64,000 nt of DNA from Vairimorpha necatrix (lineage: Eukaryota): assembly GCA_036630325.1 (NCBI GenBank), contig CP142731.1, forward strand, positions 310,001-374,000. The letters are read 5' to 3'. Positions 58,150 to 64,000 of this stretch are shown in pieces. The notes under the pieces are model-generated. The model did no database searches. It was not told where the DNA came from and saw only the letters and a list, made by a program, of their open reading frames with translations. Every line of letters starts with the position of its first letter. The stretch's first letter is position 1. A program made the translations under genes and the position numbers.

Positions 58150-59748
58150 TTATTCCTTGTATGACTTGATTTCTAGTTCTAATTGATATTTTATATATTC
58201 AGTATCTTGTTCTAATTCATTTCTCTGCTCTAATTTCAAAATTCTATCTTTAAAAAAATCTTCTTTAAAAAATTTTCGAAAAATTTTTATACATTGTATT
58301 TTTTCAGAAAAAATTAATTGATCAATTTCTTCATTTATAAAAAGTTCTACTCTTTTTTTACATCTTACTAATTCGTCTTTATAAAGTCTCAAATACATTT
58401 CCCAAACTTCATTATTAAGATCAATAAATTCATCTTCAAATTTTATAAAAATATTTATAATAATCTCTAATGATTCCTTAATATTCTTCATACACTTCTT
58501 TAATATATCATTTATATAAGGTAACAAACTACTAAATTTATAATTTATCAATTTTAATATTAATTCATTATAATCTTCATTTTCATAATTACTAAATATT
58601 TCCGGCAATATTTCTACACTGAACACGTACATATGAGTCATAAATTTAGTATCATTTTTCATATCAATATAATATTTTTTATCGAGTATTATACTAAATT
58701 TAGTAGATATTTTTTCTAATAAAGTGTATATTGATGAATCAATATACACTTTACTAAGTAATGATTTGAAGATGAAACTGGCATACGCTTCTGTTATAGC
58801 AGTGTCCCAGAATATTACCAGTTGGTTAAGAATTTGTTTGTCTTGACTTTTTAAAAGTGGATAATAAAATTTTATAATTTCCAGTGTGTCCCAATTATAT
58901 TTAAAAAATAAATTGTTGATAAGTTGACATTTATAATGTGTTGGGTTTATAAAAGCAAGGTTGTATAAATTTAATTTGTCAGTTTCCGTTAGATTTAGTA
59001 GGTCAAAAAAGCCTAAAATTAAAATTAGAGTTTTTTCTGGAATATCTTGATCTGAGCTTAAAACAGAGAGAAGTTTATCAGTGATGTATTTTTTTATGAA
59101 TTTTATAAATAATTTCTCTTTTATAAGCTTCAAAAGACTAGTAAATGTGTTTATTCCTTCTATAGAGTAAGTGTCTTCTATAATGTCGTAGTAGACAATG
59201 AAGTCGAAATATCGTCTTACTTTGTTTTTATTATAATTTAATGTGTTAGAAATTATAGTGTTGTTGTTATTATTAGTAATGTATTTGTTGTTGTAATTAA
59301 TTAATGAGTTATTAGTAGGTCTTATTAAATTAATATTTTTTGTTATTGTCTTTGGTCTTACTAGATTTGATGGCGTAGAATACAAGTCATCTGTTTCAAT
59401 TTGTCTTATATTTATCTTCTTCGGTCTCTGGATCTTACTACTCATCTCCAAATATATTAATAATCCATAGACACGTGGGCATGAGTCAAATCCAAGCCAG
59501 ATATCTCTTCTCGCTTGTGATATTTGACACCAGTGTACTAATATTTCATTAATAAATTTAGTATCATCCACAAAATGTCTTATAATCTCTTGTGCCGCAT
59601 TGTGTCTGAGCTCATATTCTTCTACACATATTTCTAATAATATTTCTAATACTTCGCCGGGCATATTAAACTTATTAAGTAAGTAGTCAGTGAAAGAAGG
59701 AATAGAGGTATTGTAATCTTTTAACCAAGTGAGTATATCATTTTTCAT
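58150..59748 (-). CDS. Hypothetical protein, probably alpha-helical, with an Asn-rich insertion
   Basis: 532-aa ORF. No confident domain call. Confidence 0.75.
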   Translation of the reverse strand: MKNDILTWLKDYNTSIPSFTDYLLNKFNMPGEVLEILLEICVEEYELRHNAAQEIIRHFVDDTKFINEILVHWCQISQARRDIWLGFDSCPRVYGLLIYLEMSSKIQRPKKINIRQIETDDLYSTPSNLVRPKTITKNINLIRPTNNSLINYNNKYITNNNNNTIISNTLNYNKNKVRRYFDFIVYYDIIEDTYSIEGINTFTSLLKLIKEKLFIKFIKKYITDKLLSVLSSDQDIPEKTLILILGFFDLLNLTETDKLNLYNLAFINPTHYKCQLINNLFFKYNWDTLEIIKFYYPLLKSQDKQILNQLVIFWDTAITEAYASFIFKSLLSKVYIDSSIYTLLEKISTKFSIILDKKYYIDMKNDTKFMTHMYVFSVEILPEIFSNYENEDYNELILKLINYKFSSLLPYINDILKKCMKNIKESLEIIINIFIKFEDEFIDLNNEVWEMYLRLYKDELVRCKKRVELFINEEIDQLIFSEKIQCIKIFRKFFKEDFFKDRILKLEQRNELEQDTEYIKYQLELEIKSYKE

Positions 59749-60566
59749 GTATTGGTAAGGAGTAAAAAATATTATAAAAGTATTTTTATAAATTAAAAAA
59801 AAAGATAAAGAAATAATAATAACAGTAGTGACGAAAGGACACGTGGTTTATTGAAAATAAAATGTGAGAAATGTCAAGAGAGACTTCAAAAATCAATTAA
59901 TAGAAAATTATGATCTATCAAATTAAAAGAAATATAGAAATCATCTTATAAAATTTACTAGTGCATTAATAAAAACATAATTGCATTATGTTTTTTGGTT
60001 TATAAATACTGCTGATCTAATTTTTAATAAATTAAAAATGACTTGTATTTAGACATCTATCAATAATAAATTAAATTTTAAAAAAAAATATTTATTTGAG
60101 AGTATTAAAAGATATTTCTTTGTGTTGTCTATAAAAAATGATTAAAAAGATGTTTGAACTTGATTATGAAGATTTTATTGGCAATAATAAGATTTAGAAA
60201 AAAAAACTATTTATCAAAATAAGAGGGAATTTCGAATTAACAAGCAGACGAGTTAAAATATGCAGAAAACTTAAAATAAATAAAATAATGAATTACAATA
60301 CTAATACAGCCAAACAAACTAAAAAATAAACATAATAGTTGTCATTTATTCAAAACCATTGAATAATATTTATTTATTGAAATATTCATAGACCTAATGA
60401 AAAAATCTTATTCGTTGTTTTTACATACTATAAAAGCATTAATTTTGTTTGTTTCTGCCACTTTGTTTGTTCCTCTCACTTTGTTTGTTTCTGCCACTTT
60501 GTTTGCATAAAGTTTATGCAAAAAAGCTTAAATACACTTAAATTTTTCATTTTTTATGCCCCTATT

Positions 60567-62024
60567 ATGCTGAAGGAGGAAAGACAATCAAATATCAGAA
60601 ATTCGATATTTGAATCAGCCCACGCTTTACTAAACATATTATCATCATCAGTAGGCCCTAAAGGCCTAGACAAGATGTTAATAAAACAAAACAAGACTAC
60701 TGTTACTAATGATGGTGCTACTATCCTGAAATTCTTTACTGACAATCCAATTCACTTGTTCTTATCAAATGTGTCAAATGCTCAAGTTGAAAAATGTGGA
60801 GATGGTACGACAAGTGTAATAATTTTGACTTGTAGTTTACTTAACTCATTGAAGAAATTAATAGACATGAATATTCATCCTTCAATAATATGTGATCATT
60901 TAGAGAAAGCCAGGAATATTGCTATAGATTATATTGAATGGGTAAAAATACCAAATAATAATTTGAATATTTTTAATACTGTCATTACTACACTAAATTC
61001 TAAAGTAGTGGGAAATGCAGTAGAAATGGCCAATGCGAGCATAAAAGCCATGGAGGCTGTAAATTATGAGAAGAATAAAATCAGAATCTTGAAGAAATTG
61101 GGCGGGTCTATTGACGATGTACAATTTTACAATGGAATGCTTTTTGATTCAAATTTTAAGACAGAAAAGCGTACAGTGAAATGTGCACTGATACAATTTT
61201 GTATCAGTGCGCCCAAGACTAACATGGATAGTAAAATATTAGTAGATAATCCTTTATTAATGGAGCACATAATATCAGACGAGAGAAAATATATTCTAGA
61301 AATTTGTAAGAAAATAAAAATGACAGGATGTCAATTATTGATAATCCAGAAAAGCATCCTAAGGGACAGTCTGTCAGAACTGGGCAGGCATTTCCTTAAG
61401 AAGCTTAACATTCTAGTTTTAGAAAGTGTCGACAGGAAAGAAATCGAGAATATTAGTGCGGCTTTGAATATTGAGCCAGTTTCTGATATAAATTTATTCT
61501 CAACAGAGAATCTTAAAGAAGTCGAAATTCAGAATACTCGCGACTTTTTAGAAATCAAAGGATTCGGCAGTAGTATCGTCCTCAATGGGTGTGATGACTT
61601 GATCCTGGACGAAGTAGAGCGAAGTTTAAATGACGCACTCTGTGTGGTAAATTGCATGCACGAAGAGAATTTTATAGTCCCAGGAGGCGGGGCGATTGAA
61701 ATCGCGATCTCAAAGAAGATTTTAGAGTCAGACGAAGGAAATATATTTATAAATAGGGAAATAAGTAAGGGATTTGAGTCTATTCCCTATTTTCTGGCCA
61801 GGAATGCAGGGCATAATCCTGTGGAAGCTGTGTCTGAATTACGGAATATTATTAAGGACGAGCCTACGTATGGGGTGAGTGTACGGGGACACAATATTAA
61901 TGACATGTTGGAAGATGACAATGTTGTACAACCAGTGTCTATCACTAAATCAGTGGTGAATTTGGCTATTGAGACTGTCAGTTATATGTTGAAGATTGAT
62001 GATATTTTACCATCAAGAACATAA
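60567..62024 (+). CDS. CCT4: CCT/TRiC chaperonin subunit delta
   Basis: GPKGLDKM, TNDGATIL, GDGTTSV, the delta-type IQFCISAPKTNMD and IQKSILRD, VPGGGAIE and KIDDI. Likely start 60567 after CCCC. Confidence 0.93.
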   Translation: MLKEERQSNIRNSIFESAHALLNILSSSVGPKGLDKMLIKQNKTTVTNDGATILKFFTDNPIHLFLSNVSNAQVEKCGDGTTSVIILTCSLLNSLKKLIDMNIHPSIICDHLEKARNIAIDYIEWVKIPNNNLNIFNTVITTLNSKVVGNAVEMANASIKAMEAVNYEKNKIRILKKLGGSIDDVQFYNGMLFDSNFKTEKRTVKCALIQFCISAPKTNMDSKILVDNPLLMEHIISDERKYILEICKKIKMTGCQLLIIQKSILRDSLSELGRHFLKKLNILVLESVDRKEIENISAALNIEPVSDINLFSTENLKEVEIQNTRDFLEIKGFGSSIVLNGCDDLILDEVERSLNDALCVVNCMHEENFIVPGGGAIEIAISKKILESDEGNIFINREISKGFESIPYFLARNAGHNPVEAVSELRNIIKDEPTYGVSVRGHNINDMLEDDNVVQPVSITKSVVNLAIETVSYMLKIDDILPSRT

Positions 62025-64000
62025 TAAATTATTAAGATTTGATAATATTATATTTTTTAATTAATGTATTATAGGCAAAAAGCCTATTTTACGAGTAAAT
62101 TTTAATATTAAAAATATAAAATATTTAGATACATTTAAATTGGTATGTATATTTTAAACATTATAACTCTATGGCAATCTTCTAAAGATACATGTATAAA
62201 ATAACAAACAGAAACATACATTTACTTGTGTTATAGTGCGGAGCGACTTGTAATAAATTAGGCCACTGACGAGCTTATGCACATATTGTCGTCTGTCCAT
62301 GGAAGCCTTCTTGTAGTAAATATTTTATAGTAAAAACATCTAAAAATGAGTACTAAAAACATTTAAAAACAATACACTTTACGAATAAAAAATTATATTT
62401 TGGATTAAAATTTAAAAATATTATACATCTTGTTTTAAAATTGTAAGATTGATATATTAAGAAATTATGAACTACACCAAAATTGAGGCCAATTTACAGT
62501 CCATAACTATATTAAGCCTAAAATAATGTATTCTTTAGATTATAAAAGATAATGCACATCTACAGAGAAAGACAGGGGCAAAACAAAGAATTAGCAGCAC
62601 TTGGTAGCAAATGGTCGGGAAATACGCCAAATATGAAATAACCAAATTAAACAACACATTTCTATGATTATCTAAATTCAAGCATGAAGATATTGTAATA
62701 CTAAAAACTAAAAAAAGTAGAAGTAGAGATACTTTATTAAAATAACTTATAAACTTTGCATGCAGTTTATATTTGAGCTTTTATAGTACTTACTTCGAAA
62801 ATTAATAATTACAATAACAAGCATTTCCGTAATTTAAATTACATATCAATTAGGGATAACTCTGGTGAACAAGCGAAATAATAAAAAAATTTAAAATTTT
62901 ACAAAAAATCCCGAGCTTCTAAAAACATTGTATATCGAAATCTATAAATAATGGATTTTAATTTATCATATCAAAATGTTTTTATGGAAAAACAATAAGC
63001 CTATAACATTTATTAATATCTTTATATTTTTCGAATTTATAGCACATGTATGCATCAAATCATAAATTTACTTATTGTTGATCGCATTATCATCTTAGTA
63101 ATTCATATATTTCGGCAAAAATAATTTTATTGGAGCATAGTTTGATAATTTTTAAAAATTCTCATATAAATTAAGTCGCGTAGAATTACAAATGTTTTAT
63201 AGGGAGCTTACTTTATATAGACAGCATCGTAAATCAACAAAAAAAATTATTTAAAATTTGAAGAGGGGTAAACATCTAATTCTAAATTTTTTTTAAAATT
63301 TTATTTTACATATAAAAACAGATACTGGCCATAAAAAAATTGTATATAGTTAAACACTGATACGATATTGCAAAATATATACTTATGTAATGTCTTCTTG
63401 GGGTTAAATGAAGTAAAGGCAACAAATCATATCAATTATTTTTTTATTAATAAGTCAATAAATAATCTTGTATGCTGTTAAATGTGCGACTAGAACGGAG
63501 TTATATGTTTATCAGTAATTGATGTACAAACGGACAATTACATAGTCAGAGTATCATACTTTTAATATTGAAAATATTTTGCTGCTATTCTTTTCTTATC
63601 TGTTTTATGATCAAATTAGGAAACTTTCTTTTATAGATATTTTTTTCTTAACATCTAAGCACGTGTATAAATTATTATATCATGATTCTTGTCTATTTTA
63701 TTTTATAGAAGTTCAGATTTACAATAAAAATTATATCTTCTTTATAAATTTCTAGGAACGTGTCCTCAAATTAATATTATTCACATTTTAGAAAACCATA
63801 AACCAACACCGTTTATGTTTGTTTTTACCTTTACTTCATTTTAAACTGTCGTTACCTTATCAATGACGCAATTTTATTCACAATATAGCAAATAGAATGT
63901 TTGAAGCGAAAAAATTTTCAAAAATATAAAAAAATTATTTTTCAAACTTTTACATGAGACAAAATTTAAAGGTTCTTATTAAAATGATGAAAACTCAAAT

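Noticed and set aside
15715-60566. Extended N-termini in the ORF track (15715, 25599, 38771, 45991, 56123, 57047, 60516)
   Set aside because: Downstream ATGs preceded by the CCC motif and matching family N-termini are the likelier starts.

Overview
Very AT-rich eukaryotic DNA with the hallmarks of a microsporidian genome (Nosema/Vairimorpha-like; my inference): compact intronless genes, a CCC motif just upstream of most ATGs, stop codons that overlap or abut AATAAA, and dispersed 5S rRNA genes. There are two housekeeping islands. The first (~15.7-31.5 kb) holds a glutaredoxin-like gene, a POT1-like gene, TAP42, proteasome beta3, a P5A ATPase and SEC1. The second (55-62 kb) holds two glutathione peroxidases, an L-type lectin and CCT-delta. 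The rest is rich in mobile elements: a compact protease-less Ty3/gypsy ORF 78 bp upstream of a 5S gene, Merlin relics, restriction-endonuclease-type non-LTR retroposon fragments, a solo LTR, and a MULE flanked by an ~80-85 bp direct duplication. Highlights: (1) a 7.7-kb head-to-tail Helitron concatemer (one intact RepHel element plus five ~520-bp non-autonomous units) inserted 1 nt upstream of a gene's ATG; (2) a 950-bp SINE with three tandem tRNA-Gly-like heads and an 11-bp target-site duplication; (3) seven co-oriented small membrane-anchored secreted-protein paralogs, three of which share upstream motifs.
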